Source: Bdellovibrionota bacterium (GTDB lineage: Bacteria > Bdellovibrionota_C > UBA2361 > CALJRW01). Taken from it: 64,000 nt of DNA. The DNA is taken from NCBI GenBank assembly GCA_041740355.1, contig JBGSMD010000051.1, positions 1-64,000 on the forward strand. Reading direction: 5' to 3'. The first letter of the stretch is position 1. Each line of letters opens with the position of its first letter. Under the pieces are notes generated by a model. The model made no database searches. It saw only the letters and a list, made by a program, of their open reading frames with translations, and was not told where the DNA came from. The position numbers and the translations under genes are program-made. Positions 39,883 to 49,409 of this stretch are shown here, piece after piece.

Positions 39883-40689
39883 CTAAAACTCCTCCTCTGC
39901 TTCATCTTCAGCATAATCCCTAACTGAATAAGCAGGCGCTCTATAAAAAACTAACTCATAGTCAATAATCTCTTTATCCTTAGCTGCTTTCCAGGGCACA
40001 TCATCATGGGAATATTCACTTAACCACCTAGCACTTTTATCAGAAAACCTTTCAATTACATCATCTATGACTTTTTTTTCAGCGGCTGAGATTTTTTTAA
40101 GGTCAGGCTTAGCGATATTAACATATTTTTTTTGTAGTCGATCATGATATAAGCTTTGCTCAATTTTTAATTCCCCAAATTCTTCCATCTGTTTAACAAT
40201 TTCACCAAACTCTAATGGAACTGGTCCATACTGAAGTTTTCTATAAGTCGCTCCTGTTAATTGCTCTTCAAAAATTTCGTAAAAATTAAAATCTGCAAAA
40301 TAAAGAAGTTTATACAAAACAGTTTCGCCAACATTTGGCTTGCCTGAGCAACTATCTAGGATATAAAGGAGAACTTGTTTAAACTTCTCTACCTTATAAT
40401 GAGGGACAGAGATTCGCTCTTGGACTTTTTCTTTATTATATTTAGGTGCTTTTTCTAAAACGACTAGAGTTTGATTTTCTTGTCCTAGTAAGAAGTCAGC
40501 AGTGACATTAAAAATTTCAGATAGTTTTTTTAATTCGCTACTTGAAACTCCTCGCTCTCCCTTTTCTATTTGAGAGATTGCTGTTCTTGGGATTCCAAGT
40601 GCTTTTCCTAAGTCTTCTTGGGACAAGGAATGGGACATGCGTAATTCTAAAATACGATTAGTAAATTCTTCTAATTCTCTTTTGTTCAT
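39883..40689 (-). CDS. XRE-HTH plus DUF4065 (Panacea/SocA-like) antitoxin
   Basis: LSQEDLGKALG...ISQIEKGER; LYKLLYFADF...YGPVP...SH.DVPW. Likely start 40689 (ORF track 40746). Confidence 0.85.
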   Translation of the reverse strand: MNKRELEEFTNRILELRMSHSLSQEDLGKALGIPRTAISQIEKGERGVSSSELKKLSEIFNVTADFLLGQENQTLVVLEKAPKYNKEKVQERISVPHYKVEKFKQVLLYILDSCSGKPNVGETVLYKLLYFADFNFYEIFEEQLTGATYRKLQYGPVPLEFGEIVKQMEEFGELKIEQSLYHDRLQKKYVNIAKPDLKKISAAEKKVIDDVIERFSDKSARWLSEYSHDDVPWKAAKDKEIIDYELVFYRAPAYSVRDYAEDEAEEEF

Positions 40690-40796
40690 AGTGTGTTTAG
40701 TCAGTGTTATAAGTTTTATTATAACTGATGTTAGATTATCTTTCAATAAAATGTTTGATTTTCAGACACAGCCCGCTTATTACTAATAAATATGGG

Positions 40797-41786
40797 TTAT
40801 TTTAGCTTTAAAACCATCTCCCTCACCTGCTCCAACACCTTCTCTCTGAGTGTTAGTGGCTCCACCTCCCCCAAATACCTCCCAATACTCATCACCCTCC
40901 TCTCAATCTCCGGCGAAATCATCGCCTTCATCTTCCTCACTAACGTCTTCCCCTCCCAATTATCTTCTTGTGAGTCATGCCAAGTCTGCGAAGCGTAATA
41001 CTCCGCAGCTGGAGGAAGGATCTTGATGGTAATGTCTTCTAGTTTTCCACCAGAGTAAACTCCAAAACCTTCTAACCAGTTTTCATGGCCGGAATATTCT
41101 TTAGAGGCGTCTCTTTTAAATTCCAAAGGCGTAGTGATGATTGATAAGTCTTTAATAAAAGCGGCATTTAGAGTTTTGTAAGATCCAGTAGTATCTAAGA
41201 TTAATAAATAAAGATTACCATCAGAGTAATGAAGTTTTTTGATTTTACATTTATAGGATTTCTTCTGATCGTGGCGCCAAGGGGATTTATAAATGATTTC
41301 TAAGTTTTCTCCGGTAATTGCTGCCTGGAGCATGGGCATAATTCCCCAGTCGGCAATTTTAGCAACTGCTGTGAAATCACAAGAGAAGAAATCAGAAATT
41401 GGTTTTAGTTCTTTACTGATTTTAGGGTGAAGACTTTTAGCAAGATAATCAAAGTAAATATCATTAAGTTTTTGATTTAGGGTTTGATCGTTAATGAGCC
41501 CTAGGAAAGCTTTTGCTAAAACAAAAGCAGAGAGTTCATCTTTTCCTGGTGGGAGGATATCTGGGAAGGTGTAATCAGGTTTTAGTAAAAAGTAACCGTG
41601 TTTTTCTTGGTTGTATTCTAGGGGTACTAAGTACTCATCTCTTAATCTATTAATCACTCGCTGTGCCGTGTTAGCGGAGCAGGAAGTGCAAAGGGCAAGC
41701 TTTGAGGCATTAGGGAAAGATCCTGCTTTTAATTCTGATAAGAAGATGTTGGCTTTAGCAAGGAAGGAGCTACCATCGGAATACAT
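40797..41786 (-). CDS. WYL-domain transcriptional regulator (HTH-WYL-WCX)
   Basis: PNASKLA...TAQRVINRLRD...LEYNQEKHGY; LHYSDGNLYL; WHDSQ...EVEPLTLRE. Confidence 0.85.
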   Translation of the reverse strand: MYSDGSSFLAKANIFLSELKAGSFPNASKLALCTSCSANTAQRVINRLRDEYLVPLEYNQEKHGYFLLKPDYTFPDILPPGKDELSAFVLAKAFLGLINDQTLNQKLNDIYFDYLAKSLHPKISKELKPISDFFSCDFTAVAKIADWGIMPMLQAAITGENLEIIYKSPWRHDQKKSYKCKIKKLHYSDGNLYLLILDTTGSYKTLNAAFIKDLSIITTPLEFKRDASKEYSGHENWLEGFGVYSGGKLEDITIKILPPAAEYYASQTWHDSQEDNWEGKTLVRKMKAMISPEIERRVMSIGRYLGEVEPLTLREKVLEQVREMVLKLK

Positions 41787-41950
41787 CGGATTATTAATAA
41801 ATTAGTTAAATCTAGGGGAGAATAGTGGTTTTAACTAGTTATTAAATTTAAGGAATGGGGTGCATCAGGACGTGGGGTTTGGGGGGATTCGGGCTTAAAT
41901 CTCATCTAAATTATCACTGATTTTTAAAGTTTTTTATTGCCAATTCAACT

Positions 41951-41984
41951 AGAAGTAGTAAGGTATATATACCTTACTACTTCT
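41951..41984. repeat. 34-bp perfect palindrome
   Basis: AGAAGTAGTAAGGTATA|TATACCTTACTACTTCT. Confidence 0.95.
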
Positions 41985-42066
41985 GGTTGTTCGCCAATTT
42001 AATAATCGATTAAATAACAAGTAATATTACTAGGTTAGCAGTTAATTATAAATAACTTCAAAAATC

Positions 42067-42100
42067 GTTAGATATAAGGTATATATACCTTATATCTAAC
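42067..42100. repeat. 34-bp perfect palindrome, 8 bp upstream of the abiEi-like start
   Basis: GTTAGATATAAGGTATA|TATACCTTATATCTAAC; shares core TAAGGTATATATACCTTA with 41951. Confidence 0.95.
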
Positions 42101-42108
42101 ATACTCAT

Positions 42109-42987
42109 ATGGTCACAAAACTTGAGCAAAAATCTTCTACAATAGTCGAATGGTTTGACCAACAGGAAACTCACGTTTTCAATCTTCCTCAACTCAGAAA
42201 AATATTGGAGGAACAACGTACAACTTGGAAACTACCAGATGGTGTTAGCACAAACGAATTTATTCAACATTTAATTGCAACTACTGCGTTGCAAAGAGTC
42301 TCAATCAACTCGGATCAGTATTCGCCATTTAAAAAATATATCTGGAGGAACCCAAGACCTTACGAGATTGCTTTATCATTAAAGGCAGATTCGTATCTTT
42401 CTCATGGCACCGCTGTTTTTCTTCATCACTTAAATGACCTTATCCCCTCTTCAATTTATGTTAATAAGGAACAAAGTAAGAAGCCCCAAAATACTGGTGT
42501 TTTAAATCAGGAAGGAATCGACCGGGCCTTCGCAAATAAGCAGAGAACATCAAATTATATTTTTTCATATGAGAAAAGTAGAATCACAATTTTAAGTGGG
42601 AAAAATACTGCTAAGCTTGGGGTCATTACAATCCTTGGTGAAAATCAGGAAGTTTTATCAATAACCAATATAGAAAGAACATTGATTGATATCAGCGTTC
42701 GTCCTGGTTATGGGGGCGGAGTATTTCAAGTCTTGCAGGCTTTTAAAGGAGCAAAGGATCAAGTTTCAATTTCTAAGCTTATTCAGATTTATAATAGTTT
42801 AAACTACACTTATCCTTATCATCAAGCTATTGGATTTTACATGGAGAAAGCTGGCTATCAAGAAGACCAACTTAAAGAATTAAGAAAACTTGGCATTACT
42901 CATGATTTTTATTTGGACTATGCAATTCCTAAACTGACAAAGGAATATAATTCTGAGTGGAGATTATTCTTCCCAAAAGGACTGTAG
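42109..42987 (+). CDS. AbiEi-like (type IV TA) antitoxin/regulator
   Basis: YLSHGTA, TNIERTLIDISVRPGYGGG, YPYHQAIGFYME. Confidence 0.75.
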   Translation: MVTKLEQKSSTIVEWFDQQETHVFNLPQLRKILEEQRTTWKLPDGVSTNEFIQHLIATTALQRVSINSDQYSPFKKYIWRNPRPYEIALSLKADSYLSHGTAVFLHHLNDLIPSSIYVNKEQSKKPQNTGVLNQEGIDRAFANKQRTSNYIFSYEKSRITILSGKNTAKLGVITILGENQEVLSITNIERTLIDISVRPGYGGGVFQVLQAFKGAKDQVSISKLIQIYNSLNYTYPYHQAIGFYMEKAGYQEDQLKELRKLGITHDFYLDYAIPKLTKEYNSEWRLFFPKGL

Positions 42988-43818
42988 CTTCTCCACCTGT
43001 TTCACAAGGAAATCAAAGTAATAATCAAAATCATAAGATTGATCATCAAAGGGAATACTGTCTTTAACAGCTAACCAATCGGCACTATGGAATTCTCTTA
43101 CTTGAGGGATTCTTGCTAGGAAAGTTAAGGGCACATCTTTGGCTTTAAAGATCTCTATTAATAATAATCTATTTGCGGAGGAGGTTAAGTCCAATGCTCT
43201 AGCTTGAATAATCTTATAAATATCAAAAAAATCTCTAGCTCTTGGCGTCTTATGAGCGTTGCCTGGATATCCATCCATCTGCTGACAAATGGCTCTAAGT
43301 TTTTCAATTGCTATCATTGCCGGTGAATAGACATAACAAGTAACTTCATCAATCTCAGCGAGTTCCTTTTCAGCGATAAATTCAAATGTGCTGATGTCGA
43401 TTTTAAATTTCTGACTTGAGTTCTTAGAATCAACTCGAAAAGATTGAATTCGCAACTTTTCTAGATTACCATTAAGCTTCTTCCATTTTTCAGACTCTAT
43501 AAGTTTAAATTCAAATTTATAACCTCCCCACTCAGGAATTTTACTACCCTTTTTAGGAAGCTTGGAAAGGTGTTCATCAAAAACTATTAAATCATATTTT
43601 AAAAATTCATGACTCAAGGCGTTTTTAAAGATTTGCTCAGTGCTTAAATCATCTGCAAATTCTTTTTCCATGGAGAAATCAATATCAACACTGGCACGGT
43701 GTCCAATTTCATGAATCAGTCCCAAGGCGTTACCACCTTTAAGAACAAGAATATTAAATAATTCTGGATCAGAGCAGATAGCTTTAATAATGCTTCGTCT
43801 AATGTTCTTTAGGTTCAC
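42964..43818 (-). CDS. AbiEii/AbiGii-family nucleotidyltransferase toxin
   Basis: LVLKGGNAL...RASVDIDFS, EKLRA, RARDFFDI. Confidence 0.88.
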   Translation of the reverse strand: MNLKNIRRSIIKAICSDPELFNILVLKGGNALGLIHEIGHRASVDIDFSMEKEFADDLSTEQIFKNALSHEFLKYDLIVFDEHLSKLPKKGSKIPEWGGYKFEFKLIESEKWKKLNGNLEKLRIQSFRVDSKNSSQKFKIDISTFEFIAEKELAEIDEVTCYVYSPAMIAIEKLRAICQQMDGYPGNAHKTPRARDFFDIYKIIQARALDLTSSANRLLLIEIFKAKDVPLTFLARIPQVREFHSADWLAVKDSIPFDDQSYDFDYYFDFLVKQVEKLQSFWEE

Positions 43819-43854
43819 TTAACAATATCTAAAAATATGGGGGAAATTTAAATT

Positions 43855-44238
43855 TCATTTTTCTTGTCGCGCCTTGGCATCAAGAATGAATTGCATTAGC
43901 TTCTTGTACCTTCCAAATCTGATCATATCACGAGGGGATATGCCACCTAAAAGCGGATTCGATGCTTGAAACCAAATTGCTGTTTTTTGAGCATCTTTAA
44001 AAAATTCGCCAACCAATAAACAGATATTTCCTATTTGATCTAATCTGTCTTTTACTGCTTTTGGGATTTTTTCGTCATAACGGACTGACTGCTTACTAAC
44101 ACCAGTGAACTTGGAAACTTCATTCTTATCAAAGTTTAAAAACTCTGCTACCTTCGAAGGTATAATTTGCGAATTCTTTGTCAGACCTAAATAGTCTTTG
44201 GTGTAGGTATTTCCAAAAAGTTGTTCCACAGTTCCCAT
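43855..44238 (-). CDS. Xre/MbcA/ParS-type antitoxin (DUF2384 C-terminal domain)
   Basis: KTAIWFQASNPLLGGISPRDMI. Confidence 0.8.
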   Translation of the reverse strand: MGTVEQLFGNTYTKDYLGLTKNSQIIPSKVAEFLNFDKNEVSKFTGVSKQSVRYDEKIPKAVKDRLDQIGNICLLVGEFFKDAQKTAIWFQASNPLLGGISPRDMIRFGRYKKLMQFILDAKARQEK

Positions 44239-44467
44239 AATATTTCCTCTTATTTTAGCCTAAGCATATGTTAACCTAAACCAAACCATGATTCAACCAT
44301 TTTTAAACCAAAATACTTTGTTTTACATTTATGAGAATTTATCATGTAATTAAAGGTTTATTTGGACTTTAATTTACAAAATTATAGAAACTTATCGAAT
44401 CGGAGGCTAGAAAGTTGTACACAATGGATTACAATAATTAGTAATCTGTTAGAAAAATCTTGACTGC

Positions 44468-44487
44468 TTGTAGTTTTAAAACTACAA
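44468..44487. promoter_or_regulatory. Palindromic operator between -35 TTGACT and the antitoxin gene
   Basis: TTGTAGTTTTAAAACTACAA; near-copy at 45319-45338. Confidence 0.65.
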
Positions 44488-44515
44488 TAAATTTATAAGA
44501 CTAAGAGAGCAATCT

Positions 44516-44812
44516 ATGCCAAGTATTAAGTACGATGATTATTTAATAAAATCATTAAAGAACAAGAAAGAAGCTGCTGCTTACCTCACAGCCTGCTTTG
44601 ATGACTCTGAAGAAGTTTTCTTACTCGGACTTAGAAATGTTGTGGAAGCTAATGGTGGAGTTAGTACTATGGCAAAAACCACAGAACTAAATCGTGAAAA
44701 TCTGTACAAGATCTTATCAGAAGATGGCAATCCAAAGCTATCAAGCCTTAGTAATATTCTTAAAGCTTTAGGGTTAAAAATTAGTATTAAGGACATTCGG
44801 GAAGTAGCGTAA
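44516..44812 (+). CDS. Addiction-module antidote protein (HI1420-like HTH), copy 1, no toxin
   Basis: AAAYL...LRNVVEANGGVSTMAKTTELNRENLYKILSEDGNPKL. Confidence 0.88.
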   Translation: MPSIKYDDYLIKSLKNKKEAAAYLTACFDDSEEVFLLGLRNVVEANGGVSTMAKTTELNRENLYKILSEDGNPKLSSLSNILKALGLKISIKDIREVA

Positions 44813-44887
44813 TATCTACAAGTAAATTCTTCTTGCTTTCTATATAGTCATGCTATATAACTATATAGGACAAATCTTAAAAATCCT

Positions 44888-45157
44888 ATGAAAATAAAGA
44901 ACAGAATTCACCCAGGGGAGCACCTTAAGGAAATATTAGACGAACTAGAAATTAATCAATCAAAACTCGCTAAACATATTGGCATTGAACCAGGTGTTAT
45001 TAACTTGATCTGTAACGGGAAGCGTGGAATCTCTGCGAGTATGGCTAAGAAGTTAGCAGCAGCACTTGGGACGAGTACGGAACTATGGATGAATCTGCAA
45101 ATGAGTTATGATTTAACAATGGCGGAGGAGCCTACGTTTGGTAAGATTCGGGCGTAG
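44888..45157 (+). CDS. higA: HigA/VapI-family antitoxin, no toxin
   Basis: IHPGEHL...GKRGISASMA...GTSTELWMNLQ. Confidence 0.88.
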   Translation: MKIKNRIHPGEHLKEILDELEINQSKLAKHIGIEPGVINLICNGKRGISASMAKKLAAALGTSTELWMNLQMSYDLTMAEEPTFGKIRA

Positions 45158-45222
45158 TTTCAACTAATGATTGCCATTGTTATTATGTATTTCTTTCAGA
45201 GCTAATGTCATCTCAATTCAAC

Positions 45223-45256
45223 TAGAAGTAGTAAGGTATATACCTTACTACTTCTA
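45223..45256. repeat. 34-bp perfect palindrome; 45214-45255 repeats 41941-41984 with a 2-bp shorter centre
   Basis: TAGAAGTAGTAAGGTAT|ATACCTTACTACTTCTA, preceded by CAATTCAAC in both copies. Confidence 0.95.
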
Positions 45257-45366
45257 ATTAATTTCAAATTACACAATCTAATACAAATAAAGGCTTTATT
45301 GCTGAATTTCTTGACTGTTTGTAGTTCTAAAACTACAATATGTTTATAAGAATAAAAGATCGATTT

Positions 45367-45663
45367 ATGCCAAATATTAAGTACGATGATTATTTAATAA
45401 AATCATTAAAGAACAAGAAAGAAGCTGCTGCTTACCTCACCGCCTGCTTTGATGACTCTGAAGAAGTTTTCTTACTTGGACTTAGAAATGTTGTGGAGGC
45501 TAATGGCGGAGTTAGTACTATGGCGAAAACCACAGAACTAAATCGTGAAAATCTGTACAAGATCTTATCAGAAGATGGCAATCCAAAGCTATCAAGCCTT
45601 AGTAATATTCTTAAAGCTTTAGGGTTAAAAATTAGTATTAAGGACATACGGGAAGTAGTCTAA
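45367..45663 (+). CDS. Addiction-module antidote protein (HI1420-like), copy 2
   Basis: Near-identical to 44516-44812 (2 aa differences); ATG at 45367. Confidence 0.88.
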   Translation: MPNIKYDDYLIKSLKNKKEAAAYLTACFDDSEEVFLLGLRNVVEANGGVSTMAKTTELNRENLYKILSEDGNPKLSSLSNILKALGLKISIKDIREVV

Positions 45664-45681
45664 ACTTAATAGTGAGTGCTT

Positions 45682-45972
45682 TTAAGCTACCAAATCAATA
45701 CTCGCATAACTCTTTGGATTTAACTGACTAAGCTCCCAATTGTTTTGTAGATTTAACCAAAATTGTGGGCTAGCACCAAGTGCTTTAGAAAGTTTTACCG
45801 ACATCTCGGCACTAATTCCTCTTTTGCCCCGACAGATTTCATTAATAGTTTTAGGAAGTACACCAATATGCTGTGCCAGAAAAGTTTGAGTTAATCCTAA
45901 AGATTGGAGTTCATCATTTAAAACTTTACCTGGATGAATATTGGTTAAATATGGAGTTTTATTTTTAGCCAT
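45682..45972 (-). CDS. higA: HigA antitoxin
   Basis: IHPGKVL...GKRGISAEM...SPQFWLNLQ; likely start MAKNK at 45972. Confidence 0.9.
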   Translation of the reverse strand: MAKNKTPYLTNIHPGKVLNDELQSLGLTQTFLAQHIGVLPKTINEICRGKRGISAEMSVKLSKALGASPQFWLNLQNNWELSQLNPKSYASIDLVA

Positions 45973-45982
45973 CTTTAAATCA

Positions 45983-46279
45983 TTAATGGTAATCAGTGAC
46001 TTCAACCATCTCGGCATTCTTATCCTTCCAAATGAAACAGATACGATACTGATCATTTATCCGGATACTTAATTGACCCTGACGATTGCCCTTTAAAACT
46101 TCCAGTCGATTACCTCTTAGACTCTGTAAGTCACTGAGTGAGGTCGCCGCTCCAAGTTTTGCAAATTTAATTCTACATAGCTCATGTAAGTTTTGTGGCA
46201 ATAACTTTAAAGATTTCTTAGTTATTACTCCTTGATGTATTTCTTCGGAGGATTTATTACGAAAGCTTAAGATTGCCAT
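45983..46279 (-). CDS. higB: HigB (plasmid-maintenance killer) toxin
   Basis: ILSFRNK...GNRLEVLKGNRQGQLSIRINDQYRICF.W...VTDYH. Confidence 0.92.
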   Translation of the reverse strand: MAILSFRNKSSEEIHQGVITKKSLKLLPQNLHELCRIKFAKLGAATSLSDLQSLRGNRLEVLKGNRQGQLSIRINDQYRICFIWKDKNAEMVEVTDYH

Positions 46280-46628
46280 CAGCTAATTACCACCATACCA
46301 GATAATGGTATAGTTATCAATAATAAAGTTAGAGTAAATTTAGGTCTAAATGATTTGTATTTAAGATCTTCAATCGAAGAAAAAGAGAATTTGTTGTCCT
46401 AAATTAACTAATGAATAGCTAAGAAAGACTTAGAAATTCATAATCCTAGTTAGACTTTTGGGGTGAGCTAATGGTGGCACAAGTTTCAAGGCAAAAAAGC
46501 ATTACAAAGCCAGTACCTTATTTATAAATCTACATTCCTAGCAATTCTACCTATATAAAGTCGATTAAAACAGTCATCTACAGTCAATATTAATTAAATA
46601 TCAATATGTTCTTTACAACATATGTGCT

Positions 46629-46724
46629 ATGAGTCATAATATTAATGAAGGTGCTTGGGAAGTCATATTTCATCCGATGTTTTTGAAAGAATTTCAAGCA
46701 AGGCTAGGGAGTATTAAAATATGA
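46629..46724 (+). pseudogene. Internally deleted RelE/ParE-like toxin remnant
   Basis: 31-aa ORF containing AWEVIFHPMFLKEFQ (toxin-like N-terminus); its TGA overlaps the antitoxin ATG (ATGA). Confidence 0.55.
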
Positions 46725-47035
46725 GCAAAACTAGATTAGATGATTTTATCAAATCCTTACCTAAAAAACGTCAAGAGAAAATTAAAACCCGAGCACAAGA
46801 TTTAATTCTCAGAGAAATGTCGATACAGGAATTAAGAAAGTCCTCCGAAGTGACGCAAGATGAATTGGCGCTACTCCTCGGCATTGGACAGGATAATATC
46901 TCCAGAATGGAGAAACGTTTAGATATGAAAGTTTCCACCTTAAATAATTACATTAAGGCACTTGGTGGAAAGTTAAAGATAATCGTAGAGATGCCTGATG
47001 GGAAGCCGGTGAAAATCAGTGGATTATCTGATTAG
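46721..47035 (+). CDS. XRE-family HTH antitoxin
   Basis: LRKSSEVTQDELA...ISRMEKRLDMKVSTLNNYIKALGGKL. Confidence 0.88.
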   Translation: MSKTRLDDFIKSLPKKRQEKIKTRAQDLILREMSIQELRKSSEVTQDELALLLGIGQDNISRMEKRLDMKVSTLNNYIKALGGKLKIIVEMPDGKPVKISGLSD

Positions 47036-47321
47036 TTAATAATTGAGTCGAAAAAAATTCATTCTAGACCTTGGTGACCATCTAAATGATTAATGAATGG
47101 CGGAGGAGCCAAAGTTTAGGAAGATTCGGGCTTATAAGTAATCCTACTCGTGCATTGAATAACATTTTGTAATTTATTTTAGCAACTCAACAAATAAATT
47201 TTCGATTATTGTATATTTCTTAATCTGAAGTTTTTTGGCAACTCTGCAAGTTATTGAAATCCCCTTGAATTTAGGTCATATATTTGGTATGATAAATCGT
47301 AATACTTTTATAAATGACCTG

Positions 47322-47564
47322 ATGAGTACCAGTAAAGTTGCAATTACCATTGAAGAAGAAACTCTAAGAAGAATTGACGAGCTTGTAGCAAATGGTGTTT
47401 TTGCTAATCGTAGTAAAGCATTTCAAGCGGCACTGGAGGAGAAAATCCAGAGGATTGATCGTTTTCGACTGGCCAAAGAATCCAGTAAACTAAATCCAAA
47501 ACATGAGCAAAAAATGGCAGAAGAAGGTTTAAGTATTGATAACGAAGAATGGCCAGAATACTAA
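47322..47564 (+). CDS. Ribbon-helix-helix antitoxin (MazE/NdoAI-like)
   Basis: KVAITI...IDELV...FANRSKA...AEEG...WPEY; likely ATG at 47322. Confidence 0.85.
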   Translation: MSTSKVAITIEEETLRRIDELVANGVFANRSKAFQAALEEKIQRIDRFRLAKESSKLNPKHEQKMAEEGLSIDNEEWPEY

Positions 47565-47884
47565 GAGGAAGCATTTACTGGGCCGATCTTGATCCGACAA
47601 AAGGAAACGAACAAAGAGGACTACGTCCAGTATTAGTAATCAGTCATGATATTTTTAATAAGAATTCGGGGACTGTTATTGCTTTGGCACTTACCAGTCA
47701 AAAGCAAAGTGCTGGTTACCCACTAACCCTAAAAATTACCTCAGCAAAATTAGTTAAAGAATCTTGGATTAAGATCAGTCAAATACGCACGTTATCAACT
47801 GAGCGACTCGGAAAAAGACTTGGTGCGATTTCTGATAAAGAATTAGAGCTAGTAATTAATGGTCTTAATGAAATTATAAGTTAG
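47549..47884 (+). CDS. mazF: MazF/PemK-family endoribonuclease toxin
   Basis: RGSIYWADLDPTKGNEQRGLRPVLVIS...QIRTLSTERL. Confidence 0.92.
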   Translation: MARILRGSIYWADLDPTKGNEQRGLRPVLVISHDIFNKNSGTVIALALTSQKQSAGYPLTLKITSAKLVKESWIKISQIRTLSTERLGKRLGAISDKELELVINGLNEIIS

Positions 47885-48167
47885 TATCTTTTTTTATCTT
47901 TAACTCTTAAGTTGCAAAACTATGAACTTATTCGGGCTTAATAAGAATTATCCAAGAAAATCTTTTCATCTGATTAATAAATACTTGAGTAGCAAAAGAT
48001 AGAATTCTCCAATTAAATTTATAGTATTTAGCAATAATAGCGACGGAACCCTTATGTAAGACTTTCCCTGAGGTAAGTATGTAAATACAGCTACTTTTAT
48101 TTATCTTGTATAAAGTGATCAAATTATAATGCTCTAAGCCCAATTTTAATCAATAAAAAATCTTCCT

Positions 48168-49223
<1,056 letters not shown>

Positions 49224-49254
49224 GTCGTTCAACCTTGAAAGACTATTAAAACAT

Positions 49255-49289
49255 TTAGGCTCTAAGAAGATATTCTTCTTAGAGCCTAA
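49255..49289. terminator. Hairpin between convergent genes
   Basis: TTAGGCTCTAAGAAGA-TAT-TCTTCTTAGAGCCTAA, 16-bp stem; no clear U-tract. Confidence 0.55.
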
Positions 49290-49409
49290 TCTCCCTTCCT
49301 CCCCTAATCTAACAAGTTAAATAAGAAGCAATCAGAGCAGTATCTTCTTTATAAATTTGAGTATCATCCAATTCTATTCCTAAGTCATATAAGAATAGAA
49401 TATAAGACT

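Noticed and set aside
41943-42100. Palindromes as integron attC sites
   Set aside because: They are too short and lack extrahelical bases; the second has GTTAGAT/ATCTAAC in the wrong order; no integron integrase is present.
41951-45256. Palindromes as protelomerase (telRL) sites
   Set aside because: No telomere resolvase gene is in the window, and three internal copies do not fit; this cannot be supported.
45973-46056. N-terminal extension of HigA in the ORF track (likewise 45340-45366 and 47235-47321)
   Set aside because: These extensions overlap higB or promoter/operator DNA; downstream ATGs give family-typical lengths.
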